Positions 19,585 to 29,103 of a stretch of DNA of 64,000 nt are shown one piece after another. The stretch spans positions 1-64,000 of the forward strand of contig JBDRCO010000051.1 of the NCBI GenBank assembly GCA_043821645.1, written 5' to 3'. A program made the translations under genes and the position numbers. Below the pieces are notes generated by a model. It was given only the letters and a program-made list of their open reading frames with translations, had not been told where the DNA came from and ran no database searches. The stretch is from Pseudomonadota bacterium. Its GTDB lineage: Bacteria; Myxococcota; JACRCW01; JAFGSX01. Each line of letters starts with the position of its first letter. The stretch's first letter is position 1.

Positions 19585-20406
19585 GTGAGCAATGCGCGGG
19601 CTTTTTGCCCAGGCTGTGGCGTGGTGATCCTCGTCGCCGCCGTCCTCCTGCTTGGCGAGCAAGCCACCGCCGCGACGCGCGAACGCGTGCTGGTGTCGCA
19701 ACCACGCAGCGCCGGAGACATCGCTCCCGACACCCTGACCGTGGTGGGGGAGCTGCTGACCCAGGTCCTGGCCGACGACCCGCGGTATGATGTGCTTGCC
19801 GCCAGCGAAGCCAGCGACATCGCCCGCGCCGCGGCCGACGAAGGCTGCACCGACAAGGACTGCCTGCTCGAGATCGCCGGCGCCATGGGTGTGGATCACG
19901 TGGTCATGTCCATGCTCAGCGCCAGCGGCGCAGGCTTCCGGCTGGAGCTGGGATGGCTCGTGGTCAGCACCATGCACCTGCGCAAGACCTTTCGCATCGA
20001 GGTGCGCTCGGTGGAGGAACTGCCGTCACGGCTACGGCCAGCAGTGGCGCAGCTGTCCCGACCCGATCCCCTGGCACACCCCGATGGGCAGACGGGGGCG
20101 CCCGTGGCGCAGCTGGCGACGGTCCCTCGCACGGCACCCACCGTCGAGGATCCCGCCGCAGCAGCCTGGCCCTCGTGGTACGCCATCGGGGGCCTGGGCA
20201 GCGGCGCCGTGGCCCTGGCCGTGGCCTCCACCACCCTGCTGGTGAGCCTGGCCTTGCGCGAGAGCGTGGCCAGCGCCACCACACCGCGCGACACCAAGGA
20301 CAAGATCCTGATCGCTGGCCCCCTCGTCGTCATCGGAGGCGGTTGCGGGAGCTGCCTGCTGCTGGGCGCAGGCGCCATGCTGGGTGTGATGGCCTTGCTC
20401 GAGTGA
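19585..20406 (+). CDS. Exported protein with a CxxxxC TolB-N/CsgG-like domain and C-terminal hydrophobic helices (paralogue of 16230)
   Basis: EGCTDKDCLLEIAGAMGVDHVV; shares RSVEEL and a similar C-terminal tail with the 16230 gene. Confidence 0.72.
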   Translation: MSNARAFCPGCGVVILVAAVLLLGEQATAATRERVLVSQPRSAGDIAPDTLTVVGELLTQVLADDPRYDVLAASEASDIARAAADEGCTDKDCLLEIAGAMGVDHVVMSMLSASGAGFRLELGWLVVSTMHLRKTFRIEVRSVEELPSRLRPAVAQLSRPDPLAHPDGQTGAPVAQLATVPRTAPTVEDPAAAAWPSWYAIGGLGSGAVALAVASTTLLVSLALRESVASATTPRDTKDKILIAGPLVVIGGGCGSCLLLGAGAMLGVMALLE

Positions 20407-20407
20407 G

Positions 20408-21520
20408 GTGACGGTGCTGCGTCGACGTGCCCCCTGGATCGCGGTCCTGCCATTGCTCGCGCCGGCATGCGAGCTCTTCGGGTTGGGCACCATCTACTGC
20501 GATCGCAGCGACGCCTTTTGCCCCTCTGGCTTCACCTGCAACACCGATGGCATCTGCGAGGGCCATGGCTGGAACCCCTTCGCGCCCCCACCTCCACCAC
20601 CACCGCAACACCCCTGCGAGGTCGAGCGCTGCGGCGTCATGCCCGACTCGCCCACACAGACCTGCATCAACACCAGCTCCGCCATCGTGGACTGCCCGGC
20701 AGAGGGTCGTGCCTTGCACGGCCAGGACGGCAACTACCTCCTCGATCCCCCGGCCTGCGAGGAGCAGGGCAACAGCGTGCGCGACCTGGTCACTGGGCTG
20801 TACTGGCAGCGCGATCTCGACTCGACCGAGAGGTCGTGGAATCAGGCGACCGCGACCTGTGCGAGTCTCACCACCGACGGTCGGGACTGGCGCCTGCCCT
20901 CGGTGCGCGAGCTGGTATCCATGCTCGACTACGGCAAGCGCTCGTCCCGTGACCGCGACGTGCTCATCGACACGGCCCGCTGTTTCCCGACTCCGAGCAT
21001 CGACACTTTCTGGAGCGCTGACCGGTCCTTCGATCTTCCGTGGTACGTGGACCTGCAGGGCGGCGAGGCGCGCGTCGACACCTCCCTGTCCGGCAATGAA
21101 CGGGGTGCCTGGTGCGCCAGTGGACCAGATCTGGACCTGCCGCGACCGCGCTATAGCAGTGGGCTGTGGACCGACGACCAGAGCGGTTTGCAGTGGCAGC
21201 GTGCCAGCAGCGGCACCATGAACTGGGAGCTTGGGCTGCAGTACTGCGAGGACTCGAGCGACGGGGGGCTCCTCGACTGGCGCCTGCCCAGCATCAAGGA
21301 ACTGGAGACCCTGTTCCAGCGCGGCGAGGACACAGGCCTGGCGCTGGACCTGCGACCGGAGCTGACTCTGGGCGACCACGTGTACTGGAGTTCCACTCCG
21401 CAACTGAGGGGCTACGGGTATGGCGCGTGGTTCGTCTCCTATGCGAACACCCAGTTCGCAGCCTCAACCCTGGGCAGCAGTCTGCATGTTCGCTGTGTGC
21501 GGGGGCCGGTGATACCGTAG
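20408..21520 (+). CDS. Lipoprotein with two DUF1566 domains
   Basis: Lipobox-like LAPAC, Cys module, poly-Pro linker, GQDGNY, two DWRLP...VRCVR-type domains. Confidence 0.85.
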   Translation: MTVLRRRAPWIAVLPLLAPACELFGLGTIYCDRSDAFCPSGFTCNTDGICEGHGWNPFAPPPPPPPQHPCEVERCGVMPDSPTQTCINTSSAIVDCPAEGRALHGQDGNYLLDPPACEEQGNSVRDLVTGLYWQRDLDSTERSWNQATATCASLTTDGRDWRLPSVRELVSMLDYGKRSSRDRDVLIDTARCFPTPSIDTFWSADRSFDLPWYVDLQGGEARVDTSLSGNERGAWCASGPDLDLPRPRYSSGLWTDDQSGLQWQRASSGTMNWELGLQYCEDSSDGGLLDWRLPSIKELETLFQRGEDTGLALDLRPELTLGDHVYWSSTPQLRGYGYGAWFVSYANTQFAASTLGSSLHVRCVRGPVIP

Positions 21521-21631
21521 CACAGCGCGTTGCGACGGCCTGCACCGCGGCGCGTTGGAGAGGGACTGGCACCCGCGCGGGTCAGCGGCATCGCGACGGA
21601 CTCGCAACGGGTGTGCCGGGAGGCTTTCACG

Positions 21632-23206
21632 GTGACAGGGCATACTGCCCGGACCACGCGCTTCTGGATCGCGGGTCTGTCGCTGATGGTGGTCGCCCTG
21701 ACCCTGCGCCTTCATGGGCTCGACGAGCGCGTGCTGCATGGCGACGAGGCGCTCAATGCGCAACGTGTCGAGGACCTGAGAGCGCTGGGTCATGATCGCG
21801 ATCTCGCGCGCATCCTGCATGGGCCCACCCTGCCCTTGCTCAGCGTCCCCATCGTGATCCTGACCAGCCCCCTGAGCGCAAATGCCGATGTCACACCCTA
21901 CCGAATGGTCAGTGCGATCTGTGGAACGCTTCTGGTGGGCTTGACCCTGCTCTTCGCTCCCTGGCTGGGCAGAAGGGCGTCCCTGCTGGGCGCAATGCTC
22001 GTGACCGTCGAACCGTCCTCGGTCTACCTCAGTCGGTTCTACCTCCACGAGTCCCTTTTCGTCCTGCTCGGTGGCGCATTCCTCCTCGCCCTCCTGCGCT
22101 ATCTCGAGACCCCCTCGAGATCGCGGGCGGTGCTGCTCGGTCTGCTGCTGGGGCTGCTGGTCACCACCAAGGAAACCTGGTTGTTGATGGCCCCGGCCGT
22201 CGTCCTGGGCGTGCTGGTGTACCGGCGAGCACAGGGGCCCAGCACATCCCTTCACCGCCGGACGAGATCTGCAGCGTGGGAACTCGGAATCACTGCCGTG
22301 AGCTGTGTTGCAGCGGCGGTGCTGATAGGGAGCCAGGGGTTCACCAATCCCCACGGAGTCGTCGCCTTGGTGCGCGCCTTCGCCGGCTGGGTGCACGTAG
22401 GCGCCAGCGGCCAGCTCGGCGTCAATGCTCAGCCGTGGTGGTACTACCTGCAGCATCTGTTCTGGTACCGCGATCCCGCGGCAAGCGGGACCCTGTTCAG
22501 CTTGCTCCCGCTGCTGCTGCTCGGCGCGGTCAGCCTGTGGCTAGGAGCACACGGCCTCGACAAGAAGACCCCGACCCTGCACCTTCTGCAGGCCTATGCC
22601 TTCAGCATGCTGCTCGTCTACTCGATCATCCCATACAAGACGCCCTGGAACGTCCTGGGCTCGGTTTACGCACTGTGCCTTCTGGCTGCAGTAGGGACGA
22701 ACAGGCTGCTGCAGCTCGGACGCGGAACGTTGTCGCGAGGTACCGTTCTGGTGGTGACGTTCGCCTGCGTGCTCCTCCTCGCGTACCAGTCCTACCTGCT
22801 CGGCGCCGTCTGGAATGAGCGAACCGCCAACCCCTACAACCATGCGCACACCCATCGCGAAGTGCTGCAGCTGGTCCAGCTCTGCCGGGACCTGGCAGAG
22901 AACATGACCGACGGCCTGGCCATCCCCATGGTCACGGTGTTCGCGGCGGACCAGCATGTGTATCCGCTCCCGTTCTACCTTCGACACTTCTCGGGCCGAC
23001 AGCGTCTGGAAACGGTGCCTGAGAAGATCCCGCCAGTAGCGCTGATCATCACGACAGAGCGCGACCTGGACAGGGTTCGCTCCGCCACGGTGACCCACTA
23101 CACCATACGGGGCTTCTTGCTCCGTCCCGGGGTTCGAGTGTTCGCACTGGTGCGGTCAGATATCTGGAGAGCGCTCCACGGCGCACAGGCTCCTGTGAGC
23201 CCGTAG
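21632..23206 (+). CDS. GT-C glycosyltransferase (PMT/GT39-like, TIGR03663/Agl23-like)
   Basis: LHGDEA loop after TM1, HGPTL, YLSRFYLHE, TKET, PWWYY, IPYKTPW; about 11 TM helices. GGAGG RBS. Confidence 0.75.
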   Translation: MTGHTARTTRFWIAGLSLMVVALTLRLHGLDERVLHGDEALNAQRVEDLRALGHDRDLARILHGPTLPLLSVPIVILTSPLSANADVTPYRMVSAICGTLLVGLTLLFAPWLGRRASLLGAMLVTVEPSSVYLSRFYLHESLFVLLGGAFLLALLRYLETPSRSRAVLLGLLLGLLVTTKETWLLMAPAVVLGVLVYRRAQGPSTSLHRRTRSAAWELGITAVSCVAAAVLIGSQGFTNPHGVVALVRAFAGWVHVGASGQLGVNAQPWWYYLQHLFWYRDPAASGTLFSLLPLLLLGAVSLWLGAHGLDKKTPTLHLLQAYAFSMLLVYSIIPYKTPWNVLGSVYALCLLAAVGTNRLLQLGRGTLSRGTVLVVTFACVLLLAYQSYLLGAVWNERTANPYNHAHTHREVLQLVQLCRDLAENMTDGLAIPMVTVFAADQHVYPLPFYLRHFSGRQRLETVPEKIPPVALIITTERDLDRVRSATVTHYTIRGFLLRPGVRVFALVRSDIWRALHGAQAPVSP

Positions 23207-23333
23207 CGGATCGAACGGCGCCAGGCCCCGCGGCCCACATCCACCATTGCTTCCCAGAGAGTCAGGAAGCCCCGAGCTATCCCGCAGCCGGGCTGAGCTG
23301 CCATACTCGATGCGCCAAGGGAGCACCTGGATC

Positions 23334-23924
23334 ATGCAGCCGCTCGGTGCTGCCGTGCCCCGGCGCGGCAATATTCTCAGTCGCGCCATCGGCCGCGCGA
23401 TCCTGTTTCTTCTGGGCTGGCGCACCGACGGCGACATCCCGGACATCCCTCGGCTCGTCGCGGTGGCAGCACCCCACACCTCGAACCTGGATTTCCTGGT
23501 GGCCCTGGGTTTCATCTTCGCCCGGGGCCTGCGCGTCTCGTGGATAGGCAAGCACAGCCTGTTCCGCTGGCCCCTGGGTGTGGTCATGCGCTGGCTCGGC
23601 GGTGTGCCCGTCATGCGCAGCACCACCGCCGGTCAGGTCCAGCAGATCGCCGAGCACATGAAGGCCCAGCCGAAGTTCTTTCTGGGTCTCTCGCCTGAGG
23701 GTACCCGCGAGCGCGTCGAGCGCTGGAAGTCCGGCTTCTATCACGTCGCCCAGGCGGCGAAGGTCCCCATCCTGCTGTTCTACCTCGACTACGGGCGCAA
23801 GGTGGTGGGCACGGGACCCCTGTTCACCCCCACCGGTGACGTCGAGGCGGACATGAAAGCGATCCGGGCCTTCTATCGTGACAAGACCCCGCGCTTTCCC
23901 GAACGCTTCGACAGCGGCACCTGA
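23334..23924 (+). CDS. 1-acyl-sn-glycerol-3-phosphate acyltransferase (PlsC family)
   Basis: APHTSNLD, PEGTR and WKSGFY motifs. Confidence 0.9.
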   Translation: MQPLGAAVPRRGNILSRAIGRAILFLLGWRTDGDIPDIPRLVAVAAPHTSNLDFLVALGFIFARGLRVSWIGKHSLFRWPLGVVMRWLGGVPVMRSTTAGQVQQIAEHMKAQPKFFLGLSPEGTRERVERWKSGFYHVAQAAKVPILLFYLDYGRKVVGTGPLFTPTGDVEADMKAIRAFYRDKTPRFPERFDSGT

Positions 23925-23976
23925 ACCGGGCGACGCGACCTCGCAAGCTGCGAGCGTTCGTGGCACGATCCCCAGC

Positions 23977-24438
23977 ATGATCCTGACCTGCTTCGTCGCC
24001 CTCGCCTGCGCCAGCGCGCCGCTCAGCGGGCGCGTTGTAGGCGTCTCCGACGGCGACACCATCACCGTGCTGGCCGAGGGTCGGCGTCCCGTGCGGGTGC
24101 GCCTGGCCGAGATCGACACGCCGGAGTCGCGCCAGCCCTGGGGCAAGCGCGCCAAGCAGGCACTGTCGCACAAGGTGTTCGATCAGCAGGTCGTCGTCGA
24201 GGTGCTGGACGTGGATCGCTACGGCCGCTCCGTCGGCCGCGTGCGCCTGGGCAAACGCGACATCAACCGCGAGATGGTGAGCGAGGGCCATGCCTGGGTG
24301 TACCGCGACTACCTGCGCGACCGCAGCCTTCTCGACGTCGAGGCCGAGGCGCGGGAGGCGCGTCGGGGGCTGTGGTCCCTGGGTGAGTCCGACAGGCTGG
24401 AGCCCTGGCTCTGGCGCCGTCGTCACAAGCGTCGCTAG
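23977..24438 (+). CDS. Thermonuclease (SNase) family exported nuclease
   Basis: VSDGDTI, VRLAEIDTPE, DRYGR and GLW motifs; N-terminal signal. Confidence 0.92.
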   Translation: MILTCFVALACASAPLSGRVVGVSDGDTITVLAEGRRPVRVRLAEIDTPESRQPWGKRAKQALSHKVFDQQVVVEVLDVDRYGRSVGRVRLGKRDINREMVSEGHAWVYRDYLRDRSLLDVEAEAREARRGLWSLGESDRLEPWLWRRRHKRR

Positions 24439-24519
24439 CCGTTCCTCGGGAGAAGATCGTCGGCCCGAGCCCCTGCATGTCGGACTGGAACCCGCGATCC
24501 CGGGTGCTACAGTCCGCGC

Positions 24520-25869
24520 ATGCGACCTCCCCTCCTGGTCCTGGTCCTGGTCCTGCTCACCCTCGCCACGACCACCGGCGATGACGCGCTCTACCAGCAA
24601 GGCGTCAAGGCCCTGAAAGACCGCAAGGCCGACGAGGCGATTCACCTGCTCCAGGCCGCGGTGGACGCGGATCCACGATGCGTGGACTGCCGCTGGGAGC
24701 TGGGCTGGGCCTATTACCTGAAAGCCCGCTGGCCACAGGTGGTGGAGCAGTGGCGCGAGGTCAAGCGCCTGGACCCGCGGCACCCCGAGGTGGACAGACA
24801 CCTGCCCGGTGCCGAGGCCCTCCTCGACGCCGAACAACGAGCAGCCCGGGCGGCCAGCTCTGCCCCGGCCAGCACCTCCCGGCCTGCCACGGAAACGCGC
24901 CTGCGTCTGCGTGCCGTGGGCGATGTGATGCTGGGCACCAGTTTCCCCGAAGGTTACCTGCCCCCGGACGACGGTGCCCACCTCCTCGACGACGTGGCGC
25001 CGCTGCTGCGCGATGCGGACCTGACCTTTGCCAACCTCGAGGGCCCGCTATGTGACGATGGCAGCACCGACAAGTGCGGGCCGGGCGAGAACTGTTATGC
25101 CTTTCGCTCGCCCACCCGCTACGGACGCTACCTCAAGGACGCGGGCATCGATGTGGTGTCCACGGCCAACAACCACGCCGAGGACTTCGGGGTCGAATGT
25201 CGCATCACCACCGAGAAAACCCTGCAGGCCCTGGGCATCGCCTACAGCGGCCGGCCGGGCACAGTCGCGTCCCTGAACGTGCAGGGTCTGCGCGTCGCGC
25301 TCATCGGTTTTCATAGCTCTCGAACGGGCCACTACCTCAACGACCACGCCACGGCCCAGACCCTGGTGCGCGGCCTGGCCGCCGATCACGACATCGTCAT
25401 CGTGTCCTTTCACGGGGGTGCCGAGGGCGCGAAGCAGATCCACGTGCCCGAGGGTCCCGAGGAGTACCTGGGCGAGAACAGGGGCAGCCTGCGCGAATTC
25501 GCGCGCCTGGTCATCGACGCTGGCGCCGACCTGGTACTGGGCCATGGTCCCCACGTGCTGCGCGGCCTGGAGCTCTACCGGGGCAGGCTCATCGCTTACT
25601 CCCTGGGCAACTTCGCCACTTACGGTCGGTTCAACCTGTCCGGCTACCTGGGCGTCAGTGCTGTCCTCGAGGTGGAACTGGACGGCGAGGGGCGCATCGT
25701 GGCTGGCCACCTGCTCCCCACCCGCCAGGATGGCAAGGGCGTGCCGGTGCGCGATGCCGACGCCCGAGGCGTAGACCTGGTGCGACGCCTCAGCCGCGAG
25801 GACTTCAAGGCCAGTGGCGTCGAGATCGCGCAGGATGGCAGCCTGTTGTTGCCCGTGGTGATGCCGTGA
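24520..25869 (+). CDS. CapA (PGA_cap) family metallophosphoesterase with N-terminal TPR
   Basis: AVGDVM, NLEG, ANNH, SFHGG, GHGPHV, YSLGNF; signal peptide plus TPR. Confidence 0.9.
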   Translation: MRPPLLVLVLVLLTLATTTGDDALYQQGVKALKDRKADEAIHLLQAAVDADPRCVDCRWELGWAYYLKARWPQVVEQWREVKRLDPRHPEVDRHLPGAEALLDAEQRAARAASSAPASTSRPATETRLRLRAVGDVMLGTSFPEGYLPPDDGAHLLDDVAPLLRDADLTFANLEGPLCDDGSTDKCGPGENCYAFRSPTRYGRYLKDAGIDVVSTANNHAEDFGVECRITTEKTLQALGIAYSGRPGTVASLNVQGLRVALIGFHSSRTGHYLNDHATAQTLVRGLAADHDIVIVSFHGGAEGAKQIHVPEGPEEYLGENRGSLREFARLVIDAGADLVLGHGPHVLRGLELYRGRLIAYSLGNFATYGRFNLSGYLGVSAVLEVELDGEGRIVAGHLLPTRQDGKGVPVRDADARGVDLVRRLSREDFKASGVEIAQDGSLLLPVVMP

Positions 25870-26078
25870 CGCGGATCAGCGCCGATCCCGTCCACCTGGA
25901 GCGCGCGGCCTGCGATATCGCCGACCGCTACCGCGATGGCTGCTATCCCGAGCTGAAAGACAAGGCCTGGAAGCAGGTGTGGGCTGCCCTGGTGCAGGAG
26001 CTGGGCGCGCAGTGTCCGGGGTGCAACGACGCCGCACTGGCTCGGGCACTCAACAAGGGCTTCGGCGACTCCCGTTGA
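25866..26078 (+). CDS. Small hypothetical protein (70 aa)
   Basis: GTGA overlap with the CapA-family stop; genome-like codon usage. Confidence 0.6.
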   Translation: MTRISADPVHLERAACDIADRYRDGCYPELKDKAWKQVWAALVQELGAQCPGCNDAALARALNKGFGDSR

Positions 26079-26099
26079 GCATGCCCTTCGGGGCGGGGT

Positions 26100-27782
26100 C
26101 TAGCGGAGCAGCTCCTCGGCCGTGACGTAGCGCGGAGCGATGTCCACGGGGATGCCCTTCAGCCGGTCCAGCGCCTTGTGCACCTCGGGGCGGATCACGG
26201 CCTGCTCTGCGAGGCGCTTCTGGGCCGCGGCGTAGTCTCCCGTCGCCTGCAGGGTCACCAGCTCGCGCAGCAGCTCGGTCACGGCCTCTTGCAGACTCTC
26301 GCTCTTGAAGCCGAAGGTTCCATCCTCGTGCACCACCACGGCGCCCTTGTCGAGGAAGTAGTTGAGCTGCAGGGCCGTGCCCCGGGCATGCGCCGCGCCG
26401 ATGCCGAAGCGAATCGAGCGGAACATCGACGCCAGGTAGGTCGCGTACACCGTCTTCTTGAGCGTGGCGGGAAGCCGCTCTGTGCGCACCAGGTAGGCCA
26501 TGGCCCACAGACCCAGCACGTCGGCTTTAGCCTCCTCGAGGATGCTGTAGGAATCCTTGAGCGCGTCACGGATGCGCAGGTGGTCATCGCCCTTGGTCTC
26601 TTCGGGACCGAGGCCGTGCGCCAGCTCGTGAGTCAGGATGTGGGTGAAGAAGGAATCGAAGCTGACGTTCTTCTGATCGTCCTTGCTCAACAGCTTCTTC
26701 GAAATGGGAACCAGAACCTTGTCGAACTTGGCCTGCTGCACGTTGCGCAGCAGCACGCGCTTCGAGCCCTTCTCCGAGGTGATCTGCTCGTCGTTGGGCA
26801 GGTTGTAGGCGGCGCTCTTGACGCCCCAGTCGGCGTCGCCAGCGGCGTAGAGCTGGTTGACCACGCGAATGGGCGCCAGGCTCCCGAGGTGCGGATTCTT
26901 CCAGTCCTTGTCGATGGGAAGATTGTTCTCGAGTTCCTGCAAGGTCGCCCCGAGGGCGACGAGCTTGGCAGACTCGGCCTCATCGCGCAGTCCGATCACC
27001 GCCTCGAAGGCGGCCTTCTGATTGAACCAGCCATCCTCGTACACCTCGTAGGGACCGATGGTGGGCTCGATGCTGGCATCGATCTCGAGCCAGGCCACGT
27101 CGCTCTCGTAGTAGTCATTGCTGCGAAAGGCGCGGGCACGCTTCTCGAGGAACTCGCGCAGCGACGGCTGCTGTGTCAACGCGGACGCCTCGTCGAGGTA
27201 GCGGGCGGCGATGGTCAGCTCGCCTTCGAACTCGATGCTGTAGGGCACGATGATGAACTTCTTGCCGGGACCGCGGCGCAACGTGGTGAAGAAGCTCTGG
27301 GCTCGGCTGCGCTCACCGGCACTCAGCCTCGCGAAGTAAGCCTCGAGCTCGGCCTTGGTGCTGCCACCAGGGTAGAAGCTGCCGACCTCGGGCTTGGGAC
27401 CGACTCCCGGCACGAAAGCCTGATCGCCATTGACCCGGTCCCAGGGTCCCATGTGGAGCATGAACATGTCGCGCCGGGCTTGCCCGAGCGGGGACGGATC
27501 GCGCTGCAGATCGAGCAGGGTCGCCTCGTTGCCCGACCACAGCTGGCGCAGGAACAGGGCATTCATGACCCGCGACGCCAGCAGGATCTTCTTCAGGCAC
27601 TCACGCTCGCTCGCCGGCAAGGCCGAGATGTCGACCTTGAGATCCACCGGTGCGAACTGCGCTTGCCTGAGCTTGAGTTCCTTGAGGTCCGGGAGCGTCC
27701 CGCTGTCCGGAGCCGGAGTGCTCTTGGCGCCGAAGCTCACCGCCGCCAGTCCCAGCGCGATCAGGGTGTAGCCTGTTTTCAT
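26100..27782 (-). CDS. Exported peptidase M49 (dipeptidyl-peptidase III / NUDX3-like)
   Basis: GPWDR, IGPYEVYED, AYNLPND, THELAHGLG, EEAKAD; signal peptide. Confidence 0.9.
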   Translation of the reverse strand: MKTGYTLIALGLAAVSFGAKSTPAPDSGTLPDLKELKLRQAQFAPVDLKVDISALPASERECLKKILLASRVMNALFLRQLWSGNEATLLDLQRDPSPLGQARRDMFMLHMGPWDRVNGDQAFVPGVGPKPEVGSFYPGGSTKAELEAYFARLSAGERSRAQSFFTTLRRGPGKKFIIVPYSIEFEGELTIAARYLDEASALTQQPSLREFLEKRARAFRSNDYYESDVAWLEIDASIEPTIGPYEVYEDGWFNQKAAFEAVIGLRDEAESAKLVALGATLQELENNLPIDKDWKNPHLGSLAPIRVVNQLYAAGDADWGVKSAAYNLPNDEQITSEKGSKRVLLRNVQQAKFDKVLVPISKKLLSKDDQKNVSFDSFFTHILTHELAHGLGPEETKGDDHLRIRDALKDSYSILEEAKADVLGLWAMAYLVRTERLPATLKKTVYATYLASMFRSIRFGIGAAHARGTALQLNYFLDKGAVVVHEDGTFGFKSESLQEAVTELLRELVTLQATGDYAAAQKRLAEQAVIRPEVHKALDRLKGIPVDIAPRYVTAEELLR

Positions 27783-27882
27783 CTCAACCTCTTGATGCGA
27801 AGTGGTCGCTCGAACCCTTCATAGCTCCAACGCAGCAGACAATCACCCTCCGCGCGCAGGGCAGGACAGACACGCTTCGCGT

Positions 27883-29103
27883 TCAGCGTCCGCCGGGTGG
27901 GAGCAGCACGCGTGCGACGGGAGCGATCCAGCGTTCGAGCGCGGGCCGTCGCTGTCCAAGCAGCAGGAGGCCTTGCCCCAGGGGCCAGGCCAGGGCATGC
28001 CACAGCACGAGGAGAGCGACAGGAAAGCTCTGGTACACGAAGCGCATCTCGACGCCGCGGTGTCCGGCCACAGGGTTCAGATTGAGGATGAACACCACCT
28101 GCACCAGGCTCAGCAACAGCACCCCCACGACGTGAAGGCGGCGAGACAGGATGCAGACCAGGATGCCGGGTAGCAGGAGCCAGGCCAGGCCAGGCACGCC
28201 GCGCAGGTAATGCGGGAGATAGTGCGTCTGGTACAGCCAGAGGTTCTCCACAACACGGCGGCCGACGTCGACGACGGTCCGGTTCTCGAACACATAACTC
28301 AGGGTCGATAGGGGAGGCTCGTCGAGAAACTGCCGTGGCTCCCCATAGCGTTCGATGTTGCGCCAGAAGTTGACCGGGTGGGTGAAGGCGCGATCATCGT
28401 TGAGCAGCGGATAGGGCACGTAGAGCACGGTCGCCAGGACCAGGGTCCAGGCCGCGCGACGCAGGGTGGGCCATCGAAACTCCCGCAGCCACACCTTTCG
28501 CTGCAAGAGCAGCAAGGCCAGGCCCCCCACGACGACGATCCAGGCATGCACGCGGGTGAGGACCAGCAAGGCCGCGAGGACACCACAGGCACCGTCAGCA
28601 ACCCAGGGTCGACGTGGTGTGTGTACTGTGAACAGCACAGTGACGAAGCCAAGCAGCAGCGCGGTGAAGAGGGGGGCCCGCATCCCCGACACACCGTAGA
28701 AGACCACCACCGGGTTGACGCAGAAGCTGGCGAGGGCGAGCAGACCGACCGCAAGCCCCAGCAAGCGCCTGCCCGCCACCAGGACCAGCACAGCGGCAAC
28801 AAGGGTCTGCAGCACCGTGAGCAGGCGAAGCACGCGCTCCACGTCGTCGCTGAGCCACAGCCCGAGCTTGATGAAGAACACCTGCAAGGGTTCGCGCAAG
28901 CCCGAGTCATAGAAGAAGCGCATGTCACGGGCGCCCGCCACGAAGCCGGGCAGGTCGCTGTTGAGAGGGCTGCCAAGGAGGACCTGGAAGGCCAGGCTGA
29001 GCTGCTGCACCAGGACGCCGAGCGGGAACAGGGCCAGCAACAAGAGAATCAGGCGACCCTGGCGCCGCGCCCGACTGTCTGCGCCCTCCTGAGGCGCGTT
29101 CAC
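27883..29103 (-). CDS. Multi-pass membrane protein, probable GT-C (ArnT/PMT-like) glycosyltransferase
   Basis: About 10 TM helices, acidic NSDLP loop after TM1, REPL, LTR and RF motifs; GTGA overlap with the upstream gene. Confidence 0.6.
   Translation of the reverse strand: MNAPQEGADSRARRQGRLILLLLALFPLGVLVQQLSLAFQVLLGSPLNSDLPGFVAGARDMRFFYDSGLREPLQVFFIKLGLWLSDDVERVLRLLTVLQTLVAAVLVLVAGRRLLGLAVGLLALASFCVNPVVVFYGVSGMRAPLFTALLLGFVTVLFTVHTPRRPWVADGACGVLAALLVLTRVHAWIVVVGGLALLLLQRKVWLREFRWPTLRRAAWTLVLATVLYVPYPLLNDDRAFTHPVNFWRNIERYGEPRQFLDEPPLSTLSYVFENRTVVDVGRRVVENLWLYQTHYLPHYLRGVPGLAWLLLPGILVCILSRRLHVVGVLLLSLVQVVFILNLNPVAGHRGVEMRFVYQSFPVALLVLWHALAWPLGQGLLLLGQRRPALERWIAPVARVLLPPGGR

Noticed and set aside
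17076-21520. Diversity-generating retroelement targeting the DUF1566 C-termini
   Set aside because: No reverse transcriptase or template repeat in the window; the 3' ends differ at all base types and by indels, not only at adenines. A remote DGR cannot be excluded.
23977-24438. Thermonuclease as an anti-phage or toxin gene
   Set aside because: Ordinary exported SNase with no defence or immunity partners adjacent.
26083-26094. GCCC-TTCG-GGGC hairpin as an intrinsic terminator between convergent genes
   Set aside because: Only a 4-bp stem and no U-tract; too weak to call.
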